The translations under genes were made by a program, and so were the position numbers. Below the pieces are notes generated by a model. That model ran no database searches. It saw nothing but the letters and a program-made list of their open reading frames with translations, and was not told where the DNA came from. DNA of 64,000 bases, taken from Leucoraja erinacea. Its lineage: Eukaryota. The stretch lies in assembly GCF_028641065.1 (NCBI RefSeq), contig NC_073378.1, positions 83,948,001 to 84,012,000 of the forward strand, given 5' to 3'. Shown piece after piece: positions 11,901-26,100 of the stretch. Within the stretch, counting starts at the first letter, position 1, and every line of letters begins with the position of its first letter.

Positions 11901-12957
11901 TCACATCAGTGCCATACTCTGACGAGAACGTTTCATTCAATAACTTGATACCTTTAAACAATGAAGGATTCGTGGTATTAATGTTCAATGTAACGCCGTT
12001 CCATTGCCTAGCATTCATTTCATATTAAAACAAACACACTGTTCTTCAACTATGAAGTGCACACGCTAGTTCTGTTTTATGTACAGCTTCCACGTTCCAG
12101 AATAAACCGGTAAATTTCATTACTGTACCCCCACCCATCTTGTCAAATAAAAAAATTAAAAAACTGGCTGCCCAAACTCTTTCGTATTTTACAATTTGCG
12201 ATCGCAGAAGTAAACTTTCTTTAAGTAATTTACTTAAAAATATGTTCGAATGTTTTGATGCAAAAGGCTATGCAAAGGGATATCTGTGCCCTGGTTTAAT
12301 TAAGCAGCGAACTGCACACAATGAACATTATCGGAAAGTGTTTTGTTAGACATAGAAAAAGAAGAGATTGGCCTTTTTAAAACAATGATAAGCCCAACCG
12401 AGTTGTCTAGACTGTTTTATTGTCCGAAAAGTTGGGAAGTTGGAGTTCGAGCTCATGTTTATTTTTAGTTCACCCTAGCTTTATCTATTCATTCCTTCAC
12501 TGGCTCACGTTATTGGCAATCTCACTCAGAAAATGCCTACCTTTCCCACTGTTTATTTTTCAAGATTTATCCGTTACATATTATCAAATCATTAGATATT
12601 TAATCAAAGGGTTAATATTTGATGATAATTGAAAGACATGTATTTCAGTAATTAGAAACTGGCTTGCACTAGTTTCTGAAGGACAAATCCTGCCAAGATA
12701 ATAAAGAGGTTGTTGAAATGGTCTCTTTTTAAAAGATATGCTCTTTAACAGATAGGCTGCCGTTGACATTTTGCGTATATCGTTACATCAAATATTAAGA
12801 TTTAAATTGCCATTAGAAACTAAGATTTTTTTTTAGTTTTTTTAAAAATTAGGATCTGGCTATTAAATTTATTTAGTACTGCAATGCCCGAATATATTTT
12901 ATACAGCAACCAAGAACAGAATGAATGACCATTGTACTGTGGTGCAAGTGCCAATCC

Positions 12958-12975
12958 TAGACCCAGAGGGCGCTA
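12958..12975 (+). promoter_or_regulatory. Candidate CTCF site between HoxA10 and HoxA11
   Basis: ACCCAGAGGGCGCTA resembles the CTCF core CCASYAGRKGGCRS. Confidence 0.55.
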
Positions 12976-13289
12976 TGGCCTAAGGTTGCTCGAGCTTTCA
13001 AATGGTATGCTTTAAATATTCAAGTTGTACTGATTCTTGATAGGGATGCATTTCATGACATTCTTGATAACACGCCATTAAATAATATGAAGATAATAAT
13101 TGGGAGTAGCCATTTTAGTCAAATAATCTGAAACAAAGGAATGAAGTGAAAGGAATACTATTGGTTGGCAGCATTATTCAAGTTATAGTAAGTAAGAAAC
13201 ATTTTCACAGAAAAATTCCATTGCTAACAATTAATGAATATTGACGTTTTAACGAAACCCTTTACTAACTTATCACAATCCCATAATGC

Positions 13290-13561
13290 NNNNNNNNNNN
13301 NNNNNNNNNNNNNNNNNNNNNNNNNNNNNNNNNNNNNNNNNNNNNNNNNNNNNNNNNNNNNNNNNNNNNNNNNNNNNNNNNNNNNNNNNNNNNNNNNNNN
13401 NNNNNNNNNNNNNNNNNNNNNNNNNNNNNNNNNNNNNNNNNNNNNNNNNNNNNNNNNNNNNNNNNNNNNNNNNNNNNNNNNNNNNNNNNNNNNNNNNNNN
13501 NNNNNNNNNNNNNNNNNNNNNNNNNNNNNNNNNNNNNNNNNNNNNNNNNNNNNNNNNNNNN
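13290..13561. other. Assembly gap
   Basis: Run of N. Confidence 0.99.
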
Positions 13562-15122
13562 ACTACAGTATATTCATCCACCACGATAATTTAACGCAAT
13601 AAAATTTGTCACAAATATCATGTTTATACATTGTTCAGTCAAACTAGTTTTATAGGACATCGTTACCGAACCGCACAAGACAATTTTAATCTCAGTATTC
13701 CCACAGGAAACGATCAGCAAGTATGAACTTCATGTGAAATTTACTTAAAAATGCACACAATCGCGTACTTATTCTTAGTTTAACAAGCTCCGACATAAAA
13801 ATAGGGTTTGGTAAATTTTACATAACTTGGCACAGTTGCTAATTAGCTTTCTAACCTTAAAAAAAACTGGTCAACGGACATCAACAAATAAGAGGTATAA
13901 TCTGGAACAATAGGTTTATTTAATTTCTGCGTTAACTGTCAAAATTAAGTAATGCGAAAAAGAATCAATCGAATATACTTTCGAAAAAATGCACCAACAT
14001 TTCCAAATCTTTCCTCATCATTTAAAAAGGAACAGTTAATTGAAATGACACTATCCCGCAAAAAAAAAAGAAAGGAAAGCGGGCAAATGATTAAATCTCG
14101 CCAGTTATACTTTTTGGTTGAACTGTTAATGTTCGATCAATATTTAAGAAACATAAAGCCACCACAATTTGATTGTTACATTCCAACGAACTGTTCGATT
14201 TTTTTTGAAACAGACATATATGCGCATTATTTCGTTAAATATGGGAAACGCATAAGAACAGAGAACAGGAAAACTGCAAAAGCGCTCTGAATCTTAAGTG
14301 CCAAACCAAAGATCCACGGTTCAGCACATTTAAACCCTGTTAATGTTCAGAATAATACATATAGTCATTGCGGGGATAGATTTCCAAAAGCTGCATTATG
14401 TGTCGGTTGTTGAGGAAACAAATCAAATTTGACAATTGCCGATCAAACGTCAAGATAAAATCACTTGGTGCCCCAATGATAGCATTATGTTGATAAAAGA
14501 AACCATGCAATATCAAGCAAAAACAGAAGGGAGAAATGAAAGAACGAATATGAGCAACCCAGTTCCAGGAATAAACCTTTTCTTCCTAACCAGCAAATCG
14601 AATAGTGCACATATTGTATCTAAATATAAAATGTGGTCCGTGGTTTAGTCAAGAAGCAAATATAATGTATTTTCTAACCAATTTCCAATGACAATTAAAG
14701 TATACTGTTTCTGAAATGAATATCCTGCACTTTCCCTTTTCCGGAGGGTTTTTTTTCTTAATGAAACAAAAGCGGTTTAACAATGAACTTTCACTCCATC
14801 CGAATTCAAATCTTACGTTAGTTGTAACGTACACTGTCGAACCGCTCTTTGATAATTGTGAAGCCACATTTCTCAATTCAAGAATCCATGTCGTATATAC
14901 ATGGATCCCGATCACCTACCTTTTGTTAGAAAGATTGGTTATTTTGGAGCTCTTTAAGATATTCAATGAATATTGAATTTAAATTGTCAAACATATAGGA
15001 ACTATTTTATTTTGCCTCAAAAAAATAACATACCTCTTTAACTCGTACTTTGGAAGAGCGACAAAGTATTTTTCATTATAATTATTTTTGCTGCCCAAAA
15101 GCGGCTTTGACATTGATCTAAA

Positions 15123-15140
15123 TGGCGCCACCATGTGGAC
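15123..15140 (-). promoter_or_regulatory. Candidate CTCF site between HoxA10 and HoxA11
   Basis: Minus strand GTCCACATGGTGGCGCCA. Confidence 0.55.
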
Positions 15141-17220
15141 TGAGGGTCCAACTGGAGGAATTCATTGCCATAGCTCTCTGGTGCAGCAGTGCAGAAACAT
15201 TGAACGAACGCAAAACGACATTAAGAGGGAGAAGAACTAAACTCAAAAATATGTATACGTTCATAACATTAGGACTATAAAATCTACTGCGGTAATATTC
15301 AAAAAACAGATAGCTACAATTATTTTTTTTTAATCACTTGTCCCGCTGTTAGTAACCACAGCAACAGAGACGATCCCATGTCATTTGCCTTGAATGCCAC
15401 AGCCCCTTAATATGCTACTTCACTGGTCTCAACTCCCTCTTCTGCAGATATAAAAGCTTCCACATATATTTAACCACCTCCAGTATCACTCATTATTAAA
15501 ACAACCTCACACGCAACATTAAACTTCCAAGATACTAGAATATGTCTCGCTAGTTTCTCTGCCAATTCAGTTGATCAACCTCTTATAATCTGTTTTGGTC
15601 TCCCGTCACCTCCGGCGGGAGTCTAACCAGAGAATGTAAGCTTCAGGGCTGATTATCCCTTCACCCCCAAGGTTAGAGGTGACGTCCACGGCGCAACAGA
15701 AGTTCAAAGCCAGGAAACAAACAGGAAAACAGAATGAAAATCGGCATTAAAGATATTATAATACAACTGCAATGCAATGCAATTGTTTCTAATGTACGCC
15801 CCTATGTATCCAAACAAACGTCGTCGATAATTTGCCAAACCGACAGTTTTGATTCACAAAATTTCCCAAAGAGAGTTATTTGTGCTGAATAAAGTTCTAA
15901 CAAATACAATTTTTGACATCTTGGCTAATTGTTCCCATTTGAGCATGCGATTATCAATGTGAAATGACTATAGCCCGTGCCAAGGGAAAGATAATTGTAA
16001 TTGCATTGTCCGAAATTTGATATGAATGCCTTGGCTTGGCTTCCAGAAAATAAACTAAAGAAAAACGTACCAATGTATGTAGACAGATATGAATGTTATC
16101 CAGCTTTAATGGTTGCTTATTACGTACATGAAACGAACAATATTACAATACTTTGCAGGTGTTTTAGTTTTCGGCTTGAATACCCAACGAAGTTCGCCCT
16201 CAAGAGAAAGCACCTTCATTACTTTTTCTACATGAAATCCAATTGTGCGCTCTCTCAACATGGACATGCACATTTACCCCCACTTTAGTCAAATTGATAA
16301 ATATAAATTATATACAAATGTTAAGCAAATGTCGATTTCACATTTAATAAAACAGCATCTGATTGTTCTTAAAATAATTGGTGCTACATTTCAAAATCTA
16401 AATGCTTAATGTAAAAAAAAACACCACTTCTGTGGTGCATGTTCCAGCCTTTTAATACATTTCAGTGTTTTGCAAAATAAACTAGAATCACAAAAAATAA
16501 AGATAACGGCGAGCAGCCAACCGCTGTCATCTGTCATTTTATGAGAATGAACAATAAAAGAAGCTATTTTGATGATGTTAATAACAAAGGCCACAACGAA
16601 ACATTGAATTTAAACTGATAAAATAAACAAAAGTGATTTTGAAGGCTGGTATATGTCGTTAGGTAAAGTGTGGGTGATTTTTGTACAATACGGCCTATAG
16701 GTATATCGGCCTATAAAAAGCTTAAATGGTGAATGTACAGGAAATGTTACCATTGTGCAATAAACACACTTATGTGTTTAATGAAAATATTTTTCTGTCT
16801 TTGGTTCACACGGATAAAGATGGCTTCAAAATGGTGAATAATGTAGACTTGTCACCCTTTGGGGGAATCCGTGAAAAGGATAGATGCATGAGCAGCAGCT
16901 TTCAAACCCAATTCCTATACACATTCATAATGTACCAAAAGAGCGACATATTTACAATACTTTGTGCTCAAGTATGCCATCACGGGTAGCATCTCTTCCT
17001 TTTGAAAATTGAAACGTAAAAACCGCATTTGTAAATTACGAAGCACAATGGGTCAAGTACAAATAAACACACACGGATTGCTTCAGCGAGCATAAAATAG
17101 CCGGTTTTCAAATATCTTATTATTCCAAGCTATGTATTAAATGGTAAGGTGTTTATATATCGAGGCCAACAGCTAAAATATACAGATTTGTACATGTTAA
17201 ACAGAATTTAACCACACTTG

Positions 17221-17226
17221 TTTATT
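17221..17226 (-). terminator. Candidate HoxA11 polyadenylation signal
   Basis: AATAAA on the minus strand ~870 nt after the stop. Confidence 0.45.
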
Positions 17227-18094
17227 TTAATGACTAATATAAATTCCACACTCATTAGAAACGGTGTTTCTTTTTGCTATGAATTTCAAATTGGATATTT
17301 GCATGCATGTTACCTTTTGGGGTAATAATGGAGGTGGGGGTGGGGAGTACTGATTGATATGTATGGAAATAAATGTGGATCTATTGTGGAGATGGAAGTT
17401 GTCATCTGCCTTTTCTAGAGACGAGTTTTAGTATGCTGAACAGCGATAAGCAGGCATTATTTGTGGAACTGCTGCGCTACGTTCCCTCCTTTCAGAAGGC
17501 TCAGTTGCAAAAGAACGAGACTGCTTGCAACTAGTTGTAACCGAAGATAACAAATATATATCCAATGAGTGCCACTGTAATGTTCCTAATCTAAAGCATG
17601 CGCTTCTTATCGCCTTATTTTTAAAAATACGTTTATATTGCAGCTGGTCCACAACAGTCCACTCCTTCTCCCAGACCTTCAGTACACGTGTCCGTTCATG
17701 TATAGAAGCTGCCTTCTTCCTTGAATTTAAAAAAAAATCGGTTTCGCTTAACTAAGTCCAAACGTTCACCTTGACATCTCAAAAGTTAATCTCAAGAGAT
17801 ACTCTATGTATTAAATATATAGGAGACGTGTGTGTATTAATAAGTGTGTGAGTGCGTGGGTCTGTGTGTGGCTGTGTGTGAAGTCAACGATGAACATTAA
17901 TTCCAGTTACTTTTTAAAGTTGAAACTAGACGTCCCCATTAGTTTTGAAAAGTTGTCTGGCCCGTCAGAGTTGTATTAAAGTGTCTGCTCACAAACTCGA
18001 ACTTGAGCTTTTTTTTACCTCTGCCTTCTGGCCTGGCCGATTTCATCGTAGAAGTTAGGAAGGTGGAATGCCTCTTTGTAAACTCAGTCTAATC

Positions 18095-18327
18095 TCAGAG
18101 CAATGGATTCGTAGTGTAATATTGAAGGCGGTCCCTGTTCAACTTCTTTTCCTTCATCCTCCTGTTCTGAAACCAAATTTTAACTTGGCGGTCGGTTAAA
18201 TTGAGCATGCGGGAAAGTTGTAGGCGCTTCTCCTTATTGATGTAGACACTGAAAAAAAATTCTCTCTCCAGCTCCCTGATCTGGTACTTGGTATAGGGGC
18301 ATCTTTTTTTACGTGTACGCTGGCCAC
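18095..18327 (-). CDS. hoxa11: HoxA11 exon 2 (homeodomain; not listed in the ORF track)
   Basis: Hand translation: [76 protein letters not shown]. Acceptor CAG at 18330-18328, phase 1. Confidence 0.98.
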
Positions 18328-19374
18328 CTGTAACAGGTAAACAGTACGTTAAAACATTGATAAGTCAGAGTAGCCAATGTTTTACTCAGGAGCAACATAT
18401 ACTTTGCTGTAATTCGGAGCACCTCTACATAATTCATACTTTTTACACAGCAATATCTACCACCAATGACGATATACAGAAGACTTCGCGAAAGCTTTAA
18501 AGCGCATTTTAACATGTTGAATGGGTCTTGAAACATAAGATGGCTGCCTCGGTTACCATAATGCTTGTGGAACTTCTGAAGTTAAAGCTGTGATACTCCC
18601 TTTCCAAATAGTATTTGAAATTACAAAAGGGCTTTCCGTACCCAGGAACTACCCGCATTTGGAAGATAAATGATTTTTACAGATGAAACGCCCGAGTATG
18701 AGAGCATTAAAGACAGAAAATAAATGAAGAGCACGACGTTTTATTTAATTTAGGTTGTTAAATCTAAAAGGATTTGAAGCATGACACAATCGCCCTGTCA
18801 TTATAAAGGTGCTGGGAACAGGAATTGGGTTTCTTAAGGGAGGGGGCTTTGTTGTGTAGATATTCCGTGTTGTAAAAGTCGACATAAGCATGATCCAGAA
18901 GTACTGCTGTAGCGTTAAAGCTGTGCTTATCGCACGTCCAGCTATAAAATGTGATTATTAAATAAAATATGGTCACTCAATCTGAAATAAGTTTTTATGA
19001 TGGAAAACCCTGTGCTTAAGGTATTGTACTATTTATGTTGCTGTTAAAAATGTCATTTTACCCTGTTATGTTTTAAAGCGGTTACTTATGGAATTGAATA
19101 CAACCTATAAATAGAGGTTTTGTGTCAACACGTGTTTTATAGAATTCGTGTGCTGTATTCATACACGCGTAGATCACAACGGCCAAAAGGCTATTTTTCA
19201 TGAATGCACACCTAATCATTTAAATGACCATATTTTAATCCAAATTTCACATTTAGAGGTGCTAGTTGAGCTATTTTAATGCAGGGATTGGCTGGTGTTA
19301 TTTCACGGCCAATTTCAGAGCGGAACACGTGATCCTGTCATTTATTTAAAAAAAAGTTTTGTTGGGAAATCTAC

Positions 19375-19440
19375 AGGCCATCCATAAACCCCCTTATATG
19401 CTTATAAAACAGCACATAAAATTTTTAACAGCAGCGCGCG
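19375..19440. promoter_or_regulatory. HoxA11 intron cluster of Cdx/AbdB-type sites
   Basis: CCATAAA, TTATAAAA and CATAAAA within 50 bp near the 5' end of the intron. Confidence 0.55.
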
Positions 19441-19485
19441 AGATCGCAAAACTTTCCTTCATAAGTAGGCACTGATTCTACCTAC

Positions 19486-20095
19486 TAGAGTTGCTGCTTT
19501 TTTCCTCATTGTTGCCGGAAGAAGATTCCGGGCTGCTGCTCCCGGGACTCGTCTCCTTCTCCACCGACACCCTGGAAGTCTCCGAACTTGAAATTGCCGC
19601 AGACGGCACTTTACCTGGGCTCTTCTCCCCGCAATACTCCGACTGCTGATTCTCACTAGAACCGTAGGCAGTCTCGAAGAACTGATCAAATCCTTGCGGC
19701 AGGACACCGTTCCTACCCACCGGGTTGTAGAAGCTGGAAGTCGCGTTGGAACTGGGGTGGTAAACGCTGGCGCTATTTTTCATTAACATCTCGCCCATGG
19801 TGCTGGCAGGCAGGCATTCTCTGTGCATCAGCTCCTCTGCGGAATAGCAGTGGGGGAGATTGCTTCTGTGATGCCACTTATTGGAAGGATCGATGGCATA
19901 GTCTCTGAAGGTAACTTCCCGCACAGGTTGAACCTGGGGGATATTAGACGAGTAAGAATATGTCATGGGACGAGAAGCCGGTGTCTGAGGTAAAAATGAA
20001 GGCAGGCTGGAGAAATCCGGACCGGAGACATAATAGGTACAGCTAGGCAAATAAAGGTTAGAGCCACAAGGAACCCGCTCATCAAAATCCATCAT
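19486..20095 (-). CDS. hoxa11: HoxA11 exon 1
   Basis: [39 protein letters not shown]...[12 protein letters not shown]...[19 protein letters not shown]. Donor A|GTAGGT at 19485. 610 + 233 nt = 281 codons including the stop. Confidence 0.97.
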
Positions 20096-20199
20096 CGCTT
20101 TCTTGGGGTCCCCTAGCGCAAGAATAGCTTGCATTCGCACAGCTAAACATGGTCCTTAGATGCTGCTGCCTCTTTGAAGCTGATCCGCGGAGTAAAAAT

Positions 20200-20290
20200 T
20201 TGGAAACGTAAGCTGACGTGGAAATGTATCTCCATACATCGCAGGAACCAGCCGGTCATGTGACCAGATGCCTGGAGAAATTGACATGCA
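20200..20290 (-). promoter_or_regulatory. HoxA11 proximal promoter
   Basis: CRE-like TGACGT at 20214-20219 and USF-type E-box GGTCATGTGACC at 20254-20265. Confidence 0.6.
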
Positions 20291-23127
20291 TCACTTTGGA
20301 TTCCCCCCTCGCACCAGGAGCGCAAAGCTCTTTACAACTGAGCTCTGCACATTTCTAAACGGGGAAAGGAAAGCTCGAATAATACTGTGAAGGTGTTCAA
20401 GTTTCACACCAGAGACGCATTTGGCACATTTACTCCATGCCGCTCCAACAAGCTGACTCGAATCAAGAGTAGACATGGAAAGAACTTATAACCATTTCCG
20501 CAGCAAAAATGTCAAACACTGATTTTTTTTTTTAAAGGGCGATTTTTGAATTATTACGCACATTGGACGAAAACCCCAGAAAATTACATAATGTTGGAAA
20601 ATACTCCCCTTATCTTTTTGTCTTGTCATTTTAATGAGAAATAACGTACAAAATATTTATTTCACCAGCAGAGAATGTGTGTATCTATACACAAATAATC
20701 ACAAACTATGTAAGAATCTTCCAGAGACGTGAAGTGGGAGCGGATTTTATTTTAATGAATAAATCATGATTTATCTACCTATATCTTCTCTGTTTTCAAC
20801 CCGAATACCCTCACTTCCACGTCCCCACTCAACAGAAATAAACGACGGAAGCATACAGTCATTTGTAGACCCCCCATAAAAGCCGTGGGGAAGATGAGTT
20901 AGACTGACTACAGGTCCGGAATTGAATATTGGCTTGTTTGTGTCTTAGTGAGTGTAGCCGAATAGCTTTTAGGTGATTTTCTTCATAAAAATTGAATCCG
21001 CACGGAACTGCCACATTGCGTTTCATAAATGTGTGTTGGTGCTTGTAATTTGAGGATAAATGGGCATGGTCACGTTCAACACCACACACAAAACCATCGC
21101 CCTCTCGATACAAATAGATGCCATTTAGCTGGATTTCAGGAAATATTTTCGAAAACAGTCTATTGGTCAATCAGCTTTATATTTCAGGCGGAGTTCTTAT
21201 GAACACGCTATTTTCGACAGAACACTGGTAATTATATATTTTAAAATGTTTAGGTGAAACAGGCGTGAACAAAGACGGAAAAAAATCCATTTGACATTGG
21301 CCGTGGGCACATTGTTCTGTATTTCTATGAAATCTCAACAAAGTCATATGAATATGAAGCGGACTTGCATTTACTGTGTTTAGGGTTAAATAACAATAGT
21401 TTAGTTTGGCTAGGGAAAGATTAATTAAAGAACAGCCAATAAAAGTGCATTTTATTTAGATATATTAGTGCCATCTAACAAACTATATGGTTTAAATGCA
21501 CACTAGGAGCTTGAAAGTGATGCAATGAATTCCGATGCTGTTGAACAGAATGGTGCCATAGATAAGAGTTGAAGTTAAACTTTGCTTTAAGAATTTGTCA
21601 CATATTAGCTTATTGCTGTTCCAAAAACAATTGCGCTGTGCCAAAACAAACAGGTTTCCTGGGGATAAGGGCCTTTGCCATAAACATTTGCCAGAAAGAC
21701 CTTACTCTGAATTGTTTCACGTACAAAAATACTCTTAACGAGCAACCGTGTTAGTTGCAAGTTAATAAGTTAATCTTTTTTTCTAATTGTTTCTTTGCTA
21801 TAAGCATACAGCAATGATATGAAAAGGTCTACAAAACACTCGAAATATAGATGTTATTTGTTTTTCTGGCCCGCGCAACCGAATAAATCACTCGTTGTAA
21901 AAATAAGGCCATCTTATAAAAGAATAACAGTAGATTCCGGAAACACTAAGGATATTAATAGGATTTTCGATGCCATAATTCGCAATAAGGATCAGCAACA
22001 CTCGGTGTAAATATTCTTTGTCGCATTCAACCGTTCGACAATCCGGTTATCTTTATATTACACTATAGGACATATCTATATTTTATTTTAACTTATATAT
22101 ACATACAAATATTGAAAAAATATATGCACCGAATACAACGAAACTGCGAAGCCATACAGTGAAATCGCAGTTCTAAATTAAGATCCAAATTAATTCCTGT
22201 TCAGTCGTTTTAAAAAAAAACGATTCACATTTGGGACGTTTAGTAACTGTGGTCAAAACTGCAGATGTAAAATCTGAAATATTACAGTTAAAAGAAAAAC
22301 ATAGTGAAGTCCAGGAGGATATTGACACGATTTGTCCCTGTACGGGTGGACAAATTCCGATACAGCGCTTTTCATAATATAATTAAATATAATACGCCTA
22401 GGAGAACCGAGAGCGGTGTAGCTTGACCTGTGGTTTTAATAGCAGTTTTGACAACCAGCTTCACTAGACGCCCGCATAGACATTGTAGCCGACCAGGGGT
22501 TAGCTAAAGACGCCACCTACATGGAATCCCTGACATTCCCAGCTAACGTGAGCAATCAGGCGTTCCCAAAAGCGACAAGGACGCGCTCTTTGTCTGATAA
22601 AAATCGGGCAGAAATTTGAAGGAGTAAGCTTTTTAGCCGGACATTGCACGTTTTAACCACCAGTGGCACAGAATCTACTTTCTTGTCTTTTTTCTTTCTT
22701 ACCGAAAGGTTGAATTATACGTGAATGAATTGCTGTACAATTTACCAAACAACGCAATCTGCTATAACAGTGTTAGAAGAACAAGATTAACAAAATTACA
22801 ACTATCTAATATACCTACAAATTAAAAAAGGAAGCTGGCGATGGCATTTCCGTTTAAATAAAAGCCGAAAATGATCTTAGATACAGTCACTATTTAATGG
22901 CTGCGCCATTTTCTAATCGTTTGTATTTCTCACCTATCATAGTATCTTTGCAGTAAGTATCGCCCTTTCTCATAGCTGATTTTCAATTATAGATTTAGGA
23001 TCAATTTGACTTTTTAATTTCGTTTTAGTTGTATTGCAGCCTTTAGGAACACATTTAAATAATGCCCAAGAGTTAATTCTAAAAAATAAAAGTACCTACC
23101 TTGTTTATCTTTAATTTAACGCAAACT

Positions 23128-23143
23128 CTCGCCATTTGGTGGA
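23128..23143 (-). promoter_or_regulatory. Candidate CTCF site between HoxA11 and HoxA13
   Basis: Minus strand TCCACCAAATGGCGAG, one mismatch to the core. Confidence 0.4.
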
Positions 23144-26100
23144 TATTTGATGTGAATGAAATCTAATGTAAATGCCGAAGTTTAAGGAGATCGGTGAATT
23201 ATTGCGGCGCAGGCTATTTTCCTGCAGGAGTCCAACTCCGTGGGAGAGCTGAGACCCGGATGAAGTTAATTTTTCTTCACACTGAGGTGTATTTTAAAGC
23301 TTTGTTGAAGATATTGTCAAAAACAAAATCTGGTTAAAACTGTTCATGTGAAGGTTTGAACACAAAAACAAGTCCCCTAATAAGACAAGGGCTAGGGAAA
23401 GTTTACATCTGAGTTTGGCGAGGAATTTACGCTTAAGAGCTCGCAGCCGACTTAACATTGAACTTCAACTTTGGAAAAGGCTGCGCACGCGAAATGTATA
23501 TACTTGACAAAAACAAGATTTGTATCATGCGAAGTTAAAGGTTTAATGAAAGGAAAATATCTTAAATCTATTGGTCGTCTTGAAAAAAAAAAGGATCAAG
23601 GCCTTCCGCCACTTGCGGTGTCGACTGTGTCATTAAAAGAGACGGCCTGGAAAAGTAAAGGAAAATACACTGTGGCGCGCTTAGATTCATTCATTTTGAT
23701 GTCTCACTATCCACGGGTTAAAAGCTGAAAATTGTACTTCCAGCTGGCATACTTATATTGTCACTGTAAACCAGTGTGGGATGAAAACGGCCAGCTATAT
23801 TGTTCTTTGCAGGTTTTATAAGGGATAGTATCCGCATTACTTCTTAATTTCTCCCACGAATTACATTAGACCCTAATTATCGTTGGCAAATGAAACAACA
23901 TAATTGCGTGTAACAACAAAGTATGTTGCTATATTACGCCCCAAGCCATTTCTCTAACATGGAATGGTTCAGCTCATTTCTGCAATATCTCCCCTTGCCC
24001 TCCTGAATGACAAATGAAAATAGCATCTTCGTGCTTAAAGGGAAATGGACAGTTTCTGCTGTAATATGAAGTTACAATCAGGATTTTTTTTTTAAAGAAC
24101 CACCGTCTTTAACGGTATTCGTCTATCTATTGCAATATCTGCCTTTATTAACTTGGTCAAATATGAACTGATTTTGGAATTAGTTCGATAAACTGTGAAA
24201 CTTAAAAACTCCCCCCAAGAAATTCTACATTCTAGGCCAAATCAAATAAAAACAAATTCCTTCTTGGTAGTGGGGTTGGGGAGGCATGCAATGTCTTTAT
24301 TTTCCTTTTATTTAACCACAGACACTACGAATCTCAAAATCTAAAGTGAGAATCACTGGTTTCAAATGAGTGCGTTACTTTTCAACGAAAATCATGTCGA
24401 TTTTTTGTGTGCAGGGTTGTTTTGTCCTCTTGTTCAGTGTCACTGACAGTGACAAGACAACGGGAACCGGCGGCCATTTTTATGCCTGATGTCTCCGAAA
24501 TTTTGTAAAGTTCAGTTAAATACTTGCAGAACCTCGTTCCTTAGTCGAACGAAGAGTTGGATTGCTAAAAAGTCAGTCTTTTAAGATGTGAAAATACGTC
24601 GAGAATTAATAGGGTTGAGATCCCAAGCGGATTGTTGTCCTTGAATTTAAAAACAATGCTAGATCTGTATCGATTAGGTTTATTTAGATTTTGTTGACCC
24701 GCAGTGGGGTTATTGAAATTAATATATCAAATATCATGCACATTGAATATTATGGCCCTAATTAAGCGAAAAATATATGTTCAATTTGCTCTTCTATTAT
24801 ACTTTTTTTTCCCTATGAAAACCAGTGAAACACCGCAATGAACGTTCGGCAAGTCAAGTTCGGCAATAAAAGCAAAACGCACTCCGCACCATTCGCCGAA
24901 AATGCACATTTAATATCTTTTAACCACTATATGCTATTTCAGTTTTTTTGAAGAAATCAATGTTTTGTGTAATGAAGGTTTTTTATTAATGTCTCTGTCA
25001 TATTTACTATTCGGAATATAATACTTCAATTTTGATAAATACTAGATTAGCTAGATTCCAAGTTGTAACCTACCCATAGTCTCAATAAAATTACAGAAAA
25101 TGAATGGTAAGTTTCATTGTGACAATTTTGTGCCTTTTTTAACACTAAATCCCACAACGTGGAGCTCAACTGCATCAAGTTGTCCAGTGATGCAGGGCAA
25201 AAAAACCCTCAGCGGTGGTTTTCAGCACACCTCGGGAAAATAAATGACTCGTTAATTAATATTGAGGCTTCTCTTTTGCACAATTAGACCTGACCATCGA
25301 AGAATTAGCATTCTATTTGCAAATAACCACTTCGTTTCGCTTCCGAGCATTTTTTAGTCTATTCTATGCGAATTTATTTAGAACTAATCCATTATCGGTT
25401 TCAAAGACATGCGTATTTGAAATGTACTGCTGCGTTCACGGGATAGATTTAATCCTGGCACACACAATTTGACAAGTTGAAGAACTACCCTTTAGACACA
25501 ATAGCGTTTCAGGTCTATGTTAAGAATTTCAAAGGCAAGAGTCCTCGACTATAAAGATAAAGATAATTCAGCAAACCCATCACTAGTTCTGTAGTGATTT
25601 TCGGTAATATATGTTTCACGAATTTACACAAAAATGTGATGTTCCATGCTAATCGGCCCACTATTTGATTTCAATATATAAGCCGTTATATATTCTTATG
25701 TATTCATGAATACTGAAATATCTACAGGGTATGGGAAATTTTATCCGAACTGTCGAATTTGAACTTGAAAGCTTACGTTGAACTTGGCTTGTTGTCACAG
25801 ACCGGAATTGCAGAACTTATTTCGGTAAATGCACTCCATTCGCCTGTAACTATTCCTTCTGTTTTAGGATGAATTCTTCCAGCTTTCTTATCCTCTGCCT
25901 TTCAATAAATAGCCGCCGCCTCAGATATGCTGGGCTCACAACATTTACCGCAGTCTCATGCTATAAGTATGCCCATTTGGCATACTTAGATAAACAGAGA
26001 CGAGGCGACAGTCTAATTGCATCGTGTCTTTGGTAAATTAGAATATAGAAAGTCGCGATGCAATTGTCTCCCAGATGAACAATTCGGGACGCACACTCGT

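Noticed and set aside
22505-22530. CTCF-like CATGTAGGTGGCGTC on the minus strand
   Set aside because: Mismatches in the 5' CCA part of the core; too weak without a PWM score.
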